Counted from the stretch's first letter, positions 20,706 through 31,952 are shown. The stretch: 64,000 nucleotides of DNA from Candidatus Marinacidobacterales bacterium (GCA_965237685.1 CBDEGF010000004.1:3743496-3807495), one strand, 5' to 3'. A program made the numbers and translations. Notes: generated by a model from the letters alone, not told the origin.

Positions 20706-20865
20706 TTGACCATCCCAACGATCACGAAAGGTTGTCTCTCGATCCCCTGCGCGAGCATCTCACCCGCATCGGCGGCCGTCGCGGAGCACACCCCCAGTCG
20801 CTCTCGCGACACGATGGGGCCACCAGCGTCATTCGCGGTCCTGCTCACCTTGATGGCCTTGGGCG

Positions 20866-23475
20866 TTAGAAGTTGAGGAGGGCCTTCACGCCCAAGGTTC
20901 GCGGTGGGTTGGTCAGGAAGAAGATCCGGGCGCGGGTTCCGCGCTCGCGGTCGAACGACAGCAGAGCCCGCTCGTCGGTCAGGTTGTTGATGTACAACGA
21001 CACGTCCCACTTCTCGCGACGAACGCCGATGCGCAGGTTGAGGAAGTTGTAGGCCGGCAGCTTGGGATCGTATGTGAAGGTATCCTGCGTAAGCGGGGCA
21101 CCGATGGTGTTGGCTCCGAAAGAGAGCAGGTCCAACGTGCCGAGGTCCTGGTCGCCGACTTGGGTAAAGCGGTCGCCGACGTGCTGGTAAGTAGCGGTCA
21201 CGTAGGGCACCGACTCCCCCGTCTGCCACTGGTAGGTGGCTGCGGCGGCAAGCTGGAACTGGGGCACGGTCGGCAGCCGCCGCCCCTCCACGATTCCCGT
21301 TGCCGAGGTCGGCTCCACGGTGGACTGCAGTTTCGAATCGTTGATGCTCGTGGAGATGGCAAAGTCGAAATTGCTGCTCGGCGCGAGCTCGAAATCCAAC
21401 TCGACACCGGTGCTGCGGGAGTCGGGGACGTTGAAGATGAGGCGGGAGGAACAGGATCCGGCGGTCACCGTCGCCTGGAGGTCGCTGATGTCCATGTAGT
21501 ACACGGCCACGTTCACGGAACCGCGGTTGTTCAGAAGCCTGGACTTGGTGCCGACCTCGTAGTTCCAGGTCGTCTCGTCCTCCCAGTTCTCCCGGCCGCC
21601 GAAAGTGGCGAGGTCCTCGGGAGTGCACAAAGGCACGTTGAGCGGGTCGTTGATGCCGCCGAGCCGGAAGCCCTTCGAGACTTGGCCGTTGAGGATGGTC
21701 TGGTCACTCAGATCGTAGCTGAGAATCACGCGCGGCGCCACGCCGTTGGCTGTGGTGGAGCCGGGCTGCGACACCAGGGAGACACCGTTGTTGTCGTTAC
21801 CGAAGATACCGTCGAAGATCTGCTCCTTGTCCTCCGAGAAACGGTAGAAGCGCAGGCCGCCGGTGAGGCGGAACCGGTCGGTTATGGACACGGTCGCTTC
21901 ACCGAAGAGCGCGAACTGGTTGAGCTTGTAGCCGAGGTCTGAGAAGAACAGGCTGTCCTTCGGCGCCCGCAGTCCTTGCGTGGGGATCCCGGTCAGATCC
22001 TCGAAGCCGGTCACCGGCAGGTTCTGGCCGTAGTCGCGGTCGGTGTAGCTGTAGAAGCCGCCGCCCACCCACTGGACGCGGTCGCTGTCGCCCGACAGGC
22101 GTAGCTCCTGCGTGAAGACGTTCGCGACGGTGGCGTCAAACAGCGGCGTGTCGAGGGTGTAGACCTCCTCCGGCAGGCCGATGCTCCCGCCCGTGATGCT
22201 GGCGCCCAGCGCGGTGGTGTCGCGGAGCACCAGAACGTCGCGATAGATATAGGAGGTGATCGAAGTGAGCACGACATTGCCGAAGTCGTAATGGAAATTC
22301 ACGTCGGCGAGCACGAAGTCATCGGTGAAGTCTTCCTGGAGCTGGACGAACTGCTCGCGCTCACCAAACGTGACGGCGGGCCGGGTGGTGGTGAACGGGT
22401 TCGCCAGGATGTTGAACTCGTCGACGCGGTTCCAGCCGTCCGTCTCCATCCTCTGATAGATGATGCGCGGGGTGATCGCGAACTGATCGTTGGGTGCTAT
22501 CGTGACTGCTACCCGCCCCCCGTAGCGTTTGCCGGTGTTGACGTTGTCATCGATGCTGAGGTCCGGCCGAACCTCGCCGATGAAGCCGGGGACCCGGGTG
22601 TAGTAACCCACGACGCGGACGGCAGCGGTGTCGCTGATGGGCGCGTTGAAGCCCAACTTGACGTTGCCTCCCGGGCTACCAGTATTCGTCACGCCACCGC
22701 CAAACTCGGCAAACCCTTCGGTCACACCCAGCTCCGGGTAGTTGCTGATGTAACGGACCGTTCCCGAGAGGGAGCCGGAGCCGAACAGCGTTCCCTGCGG
22801 GCCCCGCAGCACCTCGATGCGGTTCACGTCGAACAGGTCGAGGTCGGGCGTGAACAGTGAGAGGGAGATCACGGACTCGTCCAGGTACACACCGACCTGT
22901 TCCTTGACCCCCGGCTGATCGCGCACGATCTGGCCGGCGGAGATACCTCGCATCGCGACCTGGCTCTGGCCGGGGCCCAGGCTTTGTACGGTGAACCCGG
23001 CTACGTTGGCAGCCACGTCTTCGATGGTCTGAGCGCCCCGGTCGCGCAGGACATCCTCGGTCGGTGCCGCCACCGAAAACGGAACGTCGTGCACCAACTC
23101 CTCGCGCTTGAGGGAGGTGACTGTGACCTGTTCCGCGAACGGCGCGACCGCGAGGATGACGTCCACGGTCAGGATTGTGCCGGCTTCAAGGGTGAGGTCC
23201 CTTCGGGTGTGCTCGGCAAAGCCCTGGAGCGTTACTGTCAAGGAGTAGATGCCGGGGGCCAGGCTAATGGAGTAGCTGCCGTCGCTCGAGGTTGTGGCCG
23301 CACGTCGGGCGTTGGTTGCCTGGTTAGTGATCGTAACCGCAGCGCCCGGCACGAGAGCACCGAGTGTATCGCTCACTTTGCCTGTGATACGTCCCTCCGA
23401 AGACTGGGAGTAGCCGGGCAGGCCGTACAGCACGGCAGCCAGTACCACGAAGCTAAGAAACGAAAAGCGGCCCAT
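20866..23475 (-). CDS. TonB-dependent receptor with N-terminal carboxypeptidase-regulatory-like domain
   Basis: Signal peptide MGRFSFLSFVVLAAVLYGLPGYSQS, GRITGKVSD..GALVPGAAVTIT (CarboxypepD_reg), plug and barrel, C-terminus RTLGVKALLNF. Confidence 0.8.
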   Translation of the reverse strand: MGRFSFLSFVVLAAVLYGLPGYSQSSEGRITGKVSDTLGALVPGAAVTITNQATNARRAATTSSDGSYSISLAPGIYSLTVTLQGFAEHTRRDLTLEAGTILTVDVILAVAPFAEQVTVTSLKREELVHDVPFSVAAPTEDVLRDRGAQTIEDVAANVAGFTVQSLGPGQSQVAMRGISAGQIVRDQPGVKEQVGVYLDESVISLSLFTPDLDLFDVNRIEVLRGPQGTLFGSGSLSGTVRYISNYPELGVTEGFAEFGGGVTNTGSPGGNVKLGFNAPISDTAAVRVVGYYTRVPGFIGEVRPDLSIDDNVNTGKRYGGRVAVTIAPNDQFAITPRIIYQRMETDGWNRVDEFNILANPFTTTRPAVTFGEREQFVQLQEDFTDDFVLADVNFHYDFGNVVLTSITSYIYRDVLVLRDTTALGASITGGSIGLPEEVYTLDTPLFDATVANVFTQELRLSGDSDRVQWVGGGFYSYTDRDYGQNLPVTGFEDLTGIPTQGLRAPKDSLFFSDLGYKLNQFALFGEATVSITDRFRLTGGLRFYRFSEDKEQIFDGIFGNDNNGVSLVSQPGSTTANGVAPRVILSYDLSDQTILNGQVSKGFRLGGINDPLNVPLCTPEDLATFGGRENWEDETTWNYEVGTKSRLLNNRGSVNVAVYYMDISDLQATVTAGSCSSRLIFNVPDSRSTGVELDFELAPSSNFDFAISTSINDSKLQSTVEPTSATGIVEGRRLPTVPQFQLAAAATYQWQTGESVPYVTATYQHVGDRFTQVGDQDLGTLDLLSFGANTIGAPLTQDTFTYDPKLPAYNFLNLRIGVRREKWDVSLYINNLTDERALLSFDRERGTRARIFFLTNPPRTLGVKALLNF

Positions 23476-23487
23476 ACCTGATGTTAC

Positions 23488-24230
23488 CCCGTCCTGTGCC
23501 AAAACTCGGCCCTTTTGAAATAGATCATAAATCAGTAGCTTAGTGCCCGCGCAAAAATAACTTCACATTTTCGATGGGAACAAGGTGTAGTTCCATGCCG
23601 GCGAGGTTTTTGGTCTGGAAAGACAGAGAGCGTCCATGTCGGCCTGTAGGACTCGCTCACCGGTCTCGTATTTCTTTCTGACGAAAGCGAGCTCGGACCC
23701 GCAATCCGGAGGAGGTCTTCGTGGTTCGGATGTAGTGGAGAGCCGTCTGGAAGCTGACAAGCGGCTTCCCGGCCCAGTTCTTGCTGATTTCTGAGAAGAC
23801 TCGATGTTCGATGGGGTTCCATGTGGACGCTCCCGGCGGATAGTGGCAGACGGTGACCTCCAGGCGCCTCTAGTCCGAAACGTCCTGACGCGCCGGTCTT
23901 GAGTTCGTTTGTATTTTTGGACACGACGCGAGTGGGATCGGTGGTACAGCCAGACCGCGTGGATGATGATTTCGGGCGGAAATCGATATCCGCGGTAGCT
24001 CGGCGTGTCCCTTTTCATCCGCCCAGTCTGTCAGACGCCAGCCCAATTTGACAGCAATGGCACCGCCCGCGTGGGCGGAGGTCATCGGGGAGTGACCGAA
24101 ATCGTTCGTTCACTCGAAAGTACCCAGGTGCGTGGCGGCCGCCACGGTCGGATGACTTTCCGTAGCGTGCTGACGCGCGATACTGCCGTGCCGCTCGCTG
24201 GTCCGACAGAAATCCTTTAGAGTATTTACG
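23488..24230. other. IS debris: solo IS481-family end (23488-23560), inverted end of the second IS481-type (about 23875-23940), IS6-like N-terminal transposase fragment (rc 23940-24018), and a shared repeat (24040-24125)
   Basis: Sequence identity to ends defined elsewhere in the window. Confidence 0.5.
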
Positions 24231-24319
24231 TAACGTCTACTGGGCGAGACTTCACGGGCCGGGATCTGTTGGGGCCGCATCGCCTCCCGTAGACCACGCC
24301 ATCGATCGGAGAACGACAC

Positions 24320-25735
24320 ATGTCAGAGCCGCGCGGCCATTGGAGTTCGAGCACCGGCTTAATTCTCGCCGCGACCGGGAGCGCTATCGGCCTCGGCAAC
24401 CTGTGGAAGTTCCCGTTCGTCACGTGGGAGAACAACGGCGGGGCCTTCGTCCTCGTGTACCTCGTGTGCATCGCCGCCGTGGGCCTGCCCATCATGATGG
24501 CCGAACTGCTGATCGGGCGAGCGACGCAGAAGAGCGTGGTCGGGGCGCTCAAGCAGGCCATCGGGCCGGCGTGGGGCATCGTTGGCCTCTGGGGCGTGCT
24601 CTGCGGCTTTCTGCTGCTCAGCTACTACACGGTGATTGCGGGCTGGTCGCTCTTCTACTTCGCCAAGTCCGCGGGCTGGTCGGTCGGTGGATTCCCGGCG
24701 GGCGCCTCGATGGGCGAGCTGTTCGGTGCGCAGGCGGCCAATGGCGGCCTGCAGCTTGGCTTGTCTCTCGGGTTCAGTATCGCCACGGTCTCGGTCGTCT
24801 ACTTCGGCGTCCAAAAGGGCATCGAGCGCATCGCGCGTGTCTTTCTGCCGATTCTCTTCGGGATCCTCGTCTTGCTGCTCGTCTCCGCCTTGGAGATGGC
24901 CGGGGCCGGTGAGGCGCTCCGCTTCATCTTCCTGCCGCGCTTCGGCGAGTTGGATGGGGGGAGCGTCCTCGAGGCGCTCGGCCACGCGTTCTTCACGCTC
25001 TCGCTCGGCATGGGCGCGATGGTGACGTACGGCTCGTACATCGCAAAGCATCAGTCGATCGTGAAAGCCTCGGCGATCATCGTCGTGCTCGATACGCTGA
25101 TCGCACTCGTGGCCACGGTGATCATGTTCTCGGTGATCTTCAGCGTGCCGGGTATGGATGAGCAGGTCAGCGGCACGGGCACTGTGGGGATGCTCTTCAT
25201 CTCGCTGCCGCAGCTGTTCTTCACCGAGGTCCCGTTCGGGGCATTCCTGGGGCCACTCTTCTACGTGCTGGTGGCCCTCGCGGCGCTCACCTCGACGATG
25301 TCGCTACTGGAAGTGGTCGCTGCCTACGTGATCGACGAACACCACATGCCGCGGGCCACGGCGACGCTGCTGTGTGGCGGTGCGGTGTTTGCCTTCACGG
25401 TCCTCGCCGCGTTGTCGTTCGGTGGTGTCGGCGCGATCACCGAGCTCCAACTCGGCGGCGCGCTCGGCCAGATGCTCTTCGGCGGCAAGACGAGCTGGTT
25501 CGGCATGGTCGACCACTTCGTGTCGAACTGGATGCTCCCGACCGGGGGATTTGCGATCACGATCGCGGCGGGCTGGTTCCTGACGCGCAAGTACACCGAG
25601 CGGGAGCTCGTGGATGGCTCAGAACCCAGGTGGTTCAACTATGGAGCGTGGCGGTTCTTCATTCAGTTCGTGTCGCCGCTGGCCGTGGCGGCGATCATCA
25701 TCGCGGTGCTGTTCTTCGGGGTGGACTTCAGCTAG
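24320..25735 (+). CDS. sodium-dependent transporter, neurotransmitter:sodium symporter (SNF) family
   Basis: 471 aa. N-terminus WSSSTGLILAATGSAIGLGNLWKFPFVTWENNGGAFVLVYL is the SNF signature. About 12 TM helices. Confidence 0.85.
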   Translation: MSEPRGHWSSSTGLILAATGSAIGLGNLWKFPFVTWENNGGAFVLVYLVCIAAVGLPIMMAELLIGRATQKSVVGALKQAIGPAWGIVGLWGVLCGFLLLSYYTVIAGWSLFYFAKSAGWSVGGFPAGASMGELFGAQAANGGLQLGLSLGFSIATVSVVYFGVQKGIERIARVFLPILFGILVLLLVSALEMAGAGEALRFIFLPRFGELDGGSVLEALGHAFFTLSLGMGAMVTYGSYIAKHQSIVKASAIIVVLDTLIALVATVIMFSVIFSVPGMDEQVSGTGTVGMLFISLPQLFFTEVPFGAFLGPLFYVLVALAALTSTMSLLEVVAAYVIDEHHMPRATATLLCGGAVFAFTVLAALSFGGVGAITELQLGGALGQMLFGGKTSWFGMVDHFVSNWMLPTGGFAITIAAGWFLTRKYTERELVDGSEPRWFNYGAWRFFIQFVSPLAVAAIIIAVLFFGVDFS

Positions 25736-25937
25736 GGCTAGGCAACACCTGATTTTCCGGTATTGACCACGTTGGCCGCTGGCTGTTGTGATCCGCAAAA
25801 AAGAAAACCGGCCAGAAGCAGCCGACTATGGTAGGTCTAACCCGCGCAATCAACGCCGGATCGACTTTTTGCGGAGCACAGCCCTCACTTGCCTCGGATT
25901 TTGTATCAACCAGGATCCGGCAAGGCTTGAGAGCATC

Positions 25938-27370
25938 CCGTCCTGTGCCAAAACTCGGCCCTTTTGAAATAGGCCATAAATCAGCAACTTAGTGTCTGTG
26001 TTTGCGACCGGGCCAAGGGCCGTGGGCTTTACAATCGTCTTAGGCGGGCGGGTCGTCACCATGCAGATGACCACCTAGTCGAGAGCGAATATCGAAGCAT
26101 GTTCCTGAAGCTGTTTCCACGCTACGCCGGTCGAGCCCGCCGAGGGGCTACCGTCGCCGGCGACCATCTACGCGGCACGGCAGTAGTAGTTGAGAATGCC
26201 CCCAAGTCGCTCTCGCGACACGATGGGGCCAGTGTCATTCGCGCTTGCCGGCAGAGGGTGTGAGGAGCTCGTTGCCGAGACCTTGGTGGTTCCGTTCTGT
26301 GTGATAGTGCACTACGTATTCGGTTACCGCTGTGCGCAGGTGTCGCTCACTGAGAGGTACGAAGCGGTCGAGACACTCTCGACGTATGGAGAGAACGAAT
26401 CTTTCCGCATATGCGTTCAGATTCGGACTATTGGCGGGAAGGCGCAGGGGCTTCACGCCTGAATCTCTCAAGAGCCCACGTACCGCCTCGGTGAATAGTG
26501 GGTCCCGGTCGTGGATGAGGTATCGCTTGCCAAGGAGGAAACCATCCCACATGTCAGTGAGGTTTCTTGCCACCTGCTTCATCCACTCCCCGTTGGGGTC
26601 CGACGTTATCCCACCGATGCACACGCAGCGAGTGGCGATATCGATGACAAACAGGACATGGTAGCGGACGAGCCCGAACGGGTTCACAACCTCGACGGTG
26701 AACAGGTCTGTCGCAGCGATGGCGCCCCAATGAGCCTTGATGAAGGTGCTCCACGACATGCTCTTGCCCCGCTCCGGGGCAGGCGCGATACCGTGCTCGG
26801 CGAGGATCCTCTTGATAGTGTTGCGTCCGAGTTCATGTCCTAGGTTCTTGAGTGCGCCTCGCAGGCGCGTATATCCCCACGTCGGGTTCTCCTGCGCCAC
26901 GCGCACAATGAGCTCACGGATGTTCTTCGCCGTCGGAGGTCGGCCTGGACTCCGGTTCTTGCTGCCATCGTACTTGGCTGCGATGAGGCAGCGGTACCAA
27001 CGCAGAAGCGTAGCGGGTGTGGCAACGGACGCAATCTGGGCCAGCGCCTCGCGGCCCAAAGCCTGGGCCTTGACGGCGAGCCTGCGCCGCTCGTCGTCCG
27101 AGAGCCTGAGACGCTTGCCCCGAAGCCCGGCTCGGAGCACACGGTTCTCCTCTTGCTGGTAGTCGATCACATCCTGCTGCTGGCGGTTGACCCAGCCAGC
27201 TAGAACGAGCAGTAGGAATTGCACGTGGTACGTCATCATGGATCTGAAGATAACACCCTCGGGCCAGACGATTGTAAAGCCTACGGCCCTTGGTCCGGTC
27301 GCAAACACAGACACTAAGCTGCTGATTTATGGTCTATTTCAAAAGGGCCGAGTTTTGGCACAGGACGGGG
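25938..27370 (-). mobile_element. IS481-family element, copy 2
   Basis: Same 100-bp ends. Transposase 26235..27314 (359 aa) has a 1-bp C insertion near the 3' end relative to copies 1 and 4 (acaccctctgcc vs acacctctgcc). Confidence 0.75.
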
Positions 27371-27372
27371 TT

Positions 27373-27483
27373 TATGGCACGGGAACTGCTAAGGGGTGGA
27401 GGCGGGAGTAGGCTGCCAGCGGTCGGGTAGAAGCTCGTGGATGCGTTTTTGTGGCCATCCGTCGGCGAGCTTGCGGAGCACGT
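27373..27483 (-). other. 111-bp fragment identical to the 3' end of the IS66 tnpC at 39400-39525, inverted, wedged between the IS481-family end and an IS21 remnant
   Basis: Direct sequence comparison of 27373-27483 with the reverse complement of 39410-39525. Confidence 0.7.
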
Positions 27484-28597
27484 CAGTGAGGTACGGGAAT
27501 CAACCGGACGTACGAAGAGCTGGCGACGCATTACGGTGCGGTTGTGGTCCCGGCTCGGGTGTTCAAGCCGAAAGACAAAGCGAAGGTGGAGTCGGCAGTG
27601 CAGGTGGCGCAGCGCTGGATCCTGGCGGTGCTTCGTCATCGCACGTTCTTCAGCCTGGCGGAACTGAACGAAGCCATCTGGGAGAAGTTAGAGGTCCTGA
27701 ATGCGCGTCCGATGCAGAAGCTCGGTGTGAGTCGGCGGGAGTTGTACGAAAGGCTAGACCGGCCCGTACTGAAACCGCTACCGCAGGAGAGCTACGAGTT
27801 ATCGACGTGGAAGCGGTGCAGAGTGAACATCGACTACCACGTGGAGGTGGAGAACAACTTGTACAGCGTTCCCTATCAGCTCATTCACGAGAAAGTCGAG
27901 GCACGGGTGACGGCCTCGGTGGTGGAGGTCCTGTTCAAGGGAAAGCGCGTCGCGTCGCATCCCCGCAAGAAAGGAAAGGGGCACTACTCCACGAACCCGG
28001 AGCATATGCCACGTTCGCATCGGGAGCACCTGGAGTGGACGCCGTCGCGGCTGCTCCACTGGGCGGAGCAGTCAGGTCGCGCCACGGGAAGGCTGGTTGC
28101 GGGGATTCTAGAGAGTCGGCCTCACCCGGAACAGGGATTTCGCTCTTGCCTGGGAGTCATGCGACTAGGCAGCCGCTGGGGCAGTGAGCGTCTCGAGGCC
28201 GCTTGCGCACGAGCGGAAGCTTTGAGCTCTTACAGCTATCGCACGGTGAAAAACATTCTCTCGGCTGGTCTGGATCGTGTGGTGCTCGAATCGGACGCCG
28301 AAGCGCTGCGCCAAAGGCATCTGACAACGCCGATGCATGAGCGAGCGAGGGACCACAGCGTCGATGCGATAAAAACGGGTGAAACCGCCAAACCCGGGGT
28401 ACCAGACGATGCGGCGCCAAAACGACGCGCGAGAATGCCTCAGGAAGCGTCTTCTCGAGCCAGGCCATACCCCAGCAACCCCCGAAACCAGCCCCACATC
28501 GCCCGGGGTTCGGCCGCGGCAGGTCGCTGCCTACGGGAGCGGGAAGGTCGCTTCGCGTCTTTCCTTACGCCCGCTCCCTCCGGCACCGACCTGCCGC
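27484..28597 (+). mobile_element. internally deleted IS21 copy: istA middle joined at a GCG microhomology to the IS21 right-end region; istA 3' end and all of istB are missing
   Basis: 27484 onward is identical to 40441 onward of the complete IS21. At about 28300, ...[11 protein letters not shown] runs straight into the sequence found after istB in the complete copy (42040...). Continues after the ISKra4-like insertion at 30074..30243. Confidence 0.7.
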
Positions 28598-30073
28598 GGG
28601 CGCAACCTTTTCGTGATCTTGATCATTTTTCTACTAGAAATGTTCTCTTGACATAAAAGGAAAAATGAGGTGTCCTTCACAATCCTAAATAAAGAAAACG
28701 GTCGCAGCTAAGCGGCCGATGGAGGGACACCTCAATGAAAAGCAGTATCACGCGGGAGGAGTTTAGTAAAGAAGTAAGTCGTCTATCCGAGGAGTTCGCG
28801 GAGCAAGTGTGGCAGGCGGTCGTGGAAGCGGAAGCTGATGTCGAACGGTGTGACGAGTGGATGCGGGTCAAGGGCAGCGAATACCTGCGTGAGGTACTGG
28901 GCAAGGCGCTCAGCCAACGCTCGGAACGACTCGGTGTGTCAGGCGCATGCGAATGCGGCGCGTCGATGGAGTTTCGACAACATCGAGCGTTCCGGGTGCA
29001 CACGGTACTGGCGGGTCGGGATGTGGAGCTGAGTGTGGTTTACGCTCAGTGCTGTGAGTGTCGTCAAGGCAAGTATCCGCTGCTGGAAGAGATGCGGGTG
29101 GACCAGGAGGGATTCACGCAAGCCTTACAAGAGTTGTCGCTGTTGGCAGGAGTGATCGAACCCTACCGCTCGGCGGGCGAGCAATTGCTGCGAAAGTTCA
29201 CCGGGGTGGTCGTGAGCTCCGAGAAGATTCAAAGCTTGGTAGGCGCCGATGGGAAAAAGGCGGAGGGTTTTTCGAAAGAGCCTGCGAACGAGGTGGAAGC
29301 TGGAACGGGCAGACGCCATAAGGGACCGCTGTACATAGGGATAGACGGCGGGATGGTATTCGTGGACGGCCGCTGGCAGGAAGTCAAGCTAGGCTGCCTT
29401 TATACCGAGCAAGGGCGTGTGCAGAGCAAGCTCGGACGCGGAGAGTTGACCGAACGACAGGTCGTAGGGGTTCGAGGTAGCCCCGAAGCACTCGGCGAGG
29501 TTTTGTGGCCTCGCTCTTGCTCAATGGGGGCGGAGTCTCGCAAGGTCGTCATCCTGGGTGACGGTGCGCCGTGGATTTGGAATCTTGCGGAGGAGCTGTT
29601 CACCGATCGAGTCGAGATCCTTGATTGGTATCACGCCGACGAGAATATCAGCCCTGTGGCACGGGTGGTTTTCGGCGAAGGCACCGACGAAGCCGCACAG
29701 TGGCGCAAATCGCAACTCGACCGTCTATACGAAGACGCCGTGGATGAGGTGATCGAGGGTTTGCGGTTTCTGAAAAAGCGTCATCGTTCCAAAGACGAAG
29801 AGATCGACAAGCTCACCGGCTACCTCGAGAGAAACGGGCATCGAATGAAATACAGAACGTTTCGACAAAGCGGCTACTACATCGGCAGCGGTGCCGTGGA
29901 AAGTGCCGTGAGCCACGTTATGCAACAAAGGATGAAGCGAGTCGGGATGAGATGGCACGCCGCTGGGGCCGATGCAATGCTCGCACTGCGCTGTGTCTTC
30001 CGAAGCACGGGCGCCTGGGATTCGTTCTGGAACTATCGAAAACAGGTCGCATGAACGGAAGTCGATTGCGCCC
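28598..30073 (+). mobile_element. ISKra4-like (ISNCY-family) IS, 1476 bp, with 10-bp inverted repeats GGGCGCAAYC and 8-bp target duplication CCTGCCGC
   Basis: Target duplication at 28590-28597 and 30074-30081. Left end gggcgcaacc; right end gattgcgccc. Lower GC. Inserted into the IS21 right-end region. Confidence 0.7.
28735..30054 (+). CDS. ISKra4-family transposase
   Basis: 439 aa. ILDWYHADENI and C-terminal GYYIGSGAVESAVSHVMQQRMKRVGMRWHAAGADAMLALRCVFRSTGAWDSFW are hallmarks of ISKra4-group transposases. Confidence 0.7.
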   Translation: MKSSITREEFSKEVSRLSEEFAEQVWQAVVEAEADVERCDEWMRVKGSEYLREVLGKALSQRSERLGVSGACECGASMEFRQHRAFRVHTVLAGRDVELSVVYAQCCECRQGKYPLLEEMRVDQEGFTQALQELSLLAGVIEPYRSAGEQLLRKFTGVVVSSEKIQSLVGADGKKAEGFSKEPANEVEAGTGRRHKGPLYIGIDGGMVFVDGRWQEVKLGCLYTEQGRVQSKLGRGELTERQVVGVRGSPEALGEVLWPRSCSMGAESRKVVILGDGAPWIWNLAEELFTDRVEILDWYHADENISPVARVVFGEGTDEAAQWRKSQLDRLYEDAVDEVIEGLRFLKKRHRSKDEEIDKLTGYLERNGHRMKYRTFRQSGYYIGSGAVESAVSHVMQQRMKRVGMRWHAAGADAMLALRCVFRSTGAWDSFWNYRKQVA

Positions 30074-30319
30074 CCTGCCGCCCCTTGCTACACAACACGC
30101 AGTAAGATAGGTTCACGTTTTCAATCAGTGGAAAGGAGGTCACCCAACACTTCATCGCTTCGATGAGCGTTCGGCTTCACCGGATTCGCTGTTCAGCTTG
30201 CTCTGGATTCGGCGTTCACGATGGCTGGAATACGCAGCAACCGCGCGGAAAATCTCACTCGTCTCTGCAGTGCCACAATTGGCCAGACTGGGTGGCGGAT
30301 GGTGCAGTCTGGAGCTATC

Positions 30320-30545
30320 CGGTCTTCACTGGAAACCACCAAAACAGGGAATTAACAGGGAATTTGGGCCATTTTTGTGCTGATTGGGCTGTTCTCTCAC
30401 GTGCTAACCTTCCAGGTTTCAAATAGTTAGCAGGCAATTCCCTGTTCTGCAAGAACAGGGAATTTGAGATGTTCGATCAGGGAATCGCTCTGGGACGAAC
30501 AGGCAATTGAGATGACCGATCAGGGAAGTGCCACGAGCAGCACAG
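30320..30545. repeat. non-coding block of short direct and inverted CAGGGAAT/AACAGGGAATTT repeats ending in an IS481-family terminus remnant (gcacaggacggg)
   Basis: aacagggaattaacagggaattt ... aattccctgttctgcaagaacagggaatttgag ... gatcagggaa x2. Resembles the multi-repeat end of an IS21-like element. Confidence 0.4.
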
Positions 30546-30552
30546 GACGGGT

Positions 30553-31668
30553 TCAATTCGAGCACACAAGCGGCGCCTCATACTCTAGCGCGAGCAGCCG
30601 GAAGTAGTTCTCGCCGAGGGCGATGTTCCGGAAGGCAGCGTCGCTCAGATGGCGATTGATGCGACTCGTGACCTCCAGCTCCCTTCGGTAGACGTCGAGA
30701 GCCTTGTCCCGCGACGCCAGGAAGTCCGTTCCAGGTAGAATCCGGTCGGAGTAGGCGTTCAGGAAAGGCACATACACCGCCCGATCTTCGGGGGTCGCGA
30801 AGTAGGCGTCGTCAATCACCCGCCAGGACAGGTCCAGCATCAGGTTCGAATAGCGTTCCAGCATCGACATCATCAGCTCAACGTGCCAAGCGGCGTCCAT
30901 GGTGGTGAGCTCACGCGACAGTCCCATGTGGACCCAGACGATCGCGTTCTCGGGATACAGGCGCAGCACCTCCTCCATCAGCGGCAGGTATCGGGTCGGG
31001 GCGTCGTCGTTTCCTAGGTCTGCATGGATGGCGAGCGGCATGCCGCGCGCCCGCAACGCCTCCATGAAGGGAGCCCAGTCGCTGATGGTGGCTGGCGGGA
31101 CCGGCTCGTGCCCGCTGTCGAACAGCGCCTGCTTCACGAGGTTGACTTCACCCATCCACGTGAAGGCGCCGGGGTATTCTTGCTCCAGGAGTTGCATCCC
31201 GGAGAGGACCGACGCAGGCTGCGACAGGTCCGGGAACGTCATCGAGAGCGTCAGGTGAGTGTCAGCCGGTGCCTTCGTCATGTAGTTGGCGGCGTTGACG
31301 AAGTCGTTCTTCAGCGTCGGCGTCACCGGCGTGCCGGGGCAGTCCAGGTAGTAGGTGCAGGAGGAGGTTACTGGGAGCATCTGGCCGATGCCATAGACGT
31401 TGGCGAACAAGACACCGGTCTCCTCGAAGTACTGCAGGACTTCCTCGAACGGGATGGCGGGGCCGCCGAACGGACGGAAGTGCACGTGGGTGTCGACCAC
31501 TGAGGTCTGAGGCTGCACGGAGCGGTCGTAGCACGGAGCGTCGCCGCTTCGGAACATCTCCAGCGTCAGCCCCGGGGATGCGTCGATGGTCGTCGCGCTC
31601 TGCCAAGTGCAGCCGATGGCACCTGACAGGCTCAGTGTCATGAGCAACAGAAGAGGGCTTTGGTGCAT
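30553..31668 (-). CDS. secreted metal-dependent amidohydrolase (TIM-barrel, amidohydrolase-2-like)
   Basis: Signal or lipoprotein peptide MHQSPLLLLMTLSLSGAIGC. VVDTHVHF metal-binding start motif; ...AIHADLGNDD...VWVHMG... Confidence 0.55.
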   Translation of the reverse strand: MHQSPLLLLMTLSLSGAIGCTWQSATTIDASPGLTLEMFRSGDAPCYDRSVQPQTSVVDTHVHFRPFGGPAIPFEEVLQYFEETGVLFANVYGIGQMLPVTSSCTYYLDCPGTPVTPTLKNDFVNAANYMTKAPADTHLTLSMTFPDLSQPASVLSGMQLLEQEYPGAFTWMGEVNLVKQALFDSGHEPVPPATISDWAPFMEALRARGMPLAIHADLGNDDAPTRYLPLMEEVLRLYPENAIVWVHMGLSRELTTMDAAWHVELMMSMLERYSNLMLDLSWRVIDDAYFATPEDRAVYVPFLNAYSDRILPGTDFLASRDKALDVYRRELEVTSRINRHLSDAAFRNIALGENYFRLLALEYEAPLVCSN

Positions 31669-31952
31669 GGACTCAAGAAGTATAATGTGATGGCTTTGAA
31701 AACAGTACGTCAAGTGTGCGCGATGACATCCTTTATTGGGCGCGATGGCGTTCGTCGGCACATGCAGGTCAACTAACATAGCATTCAAAGGCCTCCAACG
31801 CCCCGCAGCACCGGTGTCGAGTTTGATTTCGAGCTCGCGCCGACCCGCAATTTCGACTTTGCCATTTCACGAGCTTCAACAACTCCCAGATGCAATCCAC
31901 CGTGCAGCCAACCTCGGCAACGAGAATCCTGGAGGGGCGGCGGCTACCGATC

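Noticed and set aside
20699-21628. 309-aa minus-strand ORF, and plus-strand ORFs 21160..21942 and 22291..22860, inside the TonB-dependent receptor gene
   Set aside because: These are alternative or antisense frames of the 20866..23475 receptor gene. Their G/R/P-rich composition is typical of spurious ORFs in high-GC DNA.
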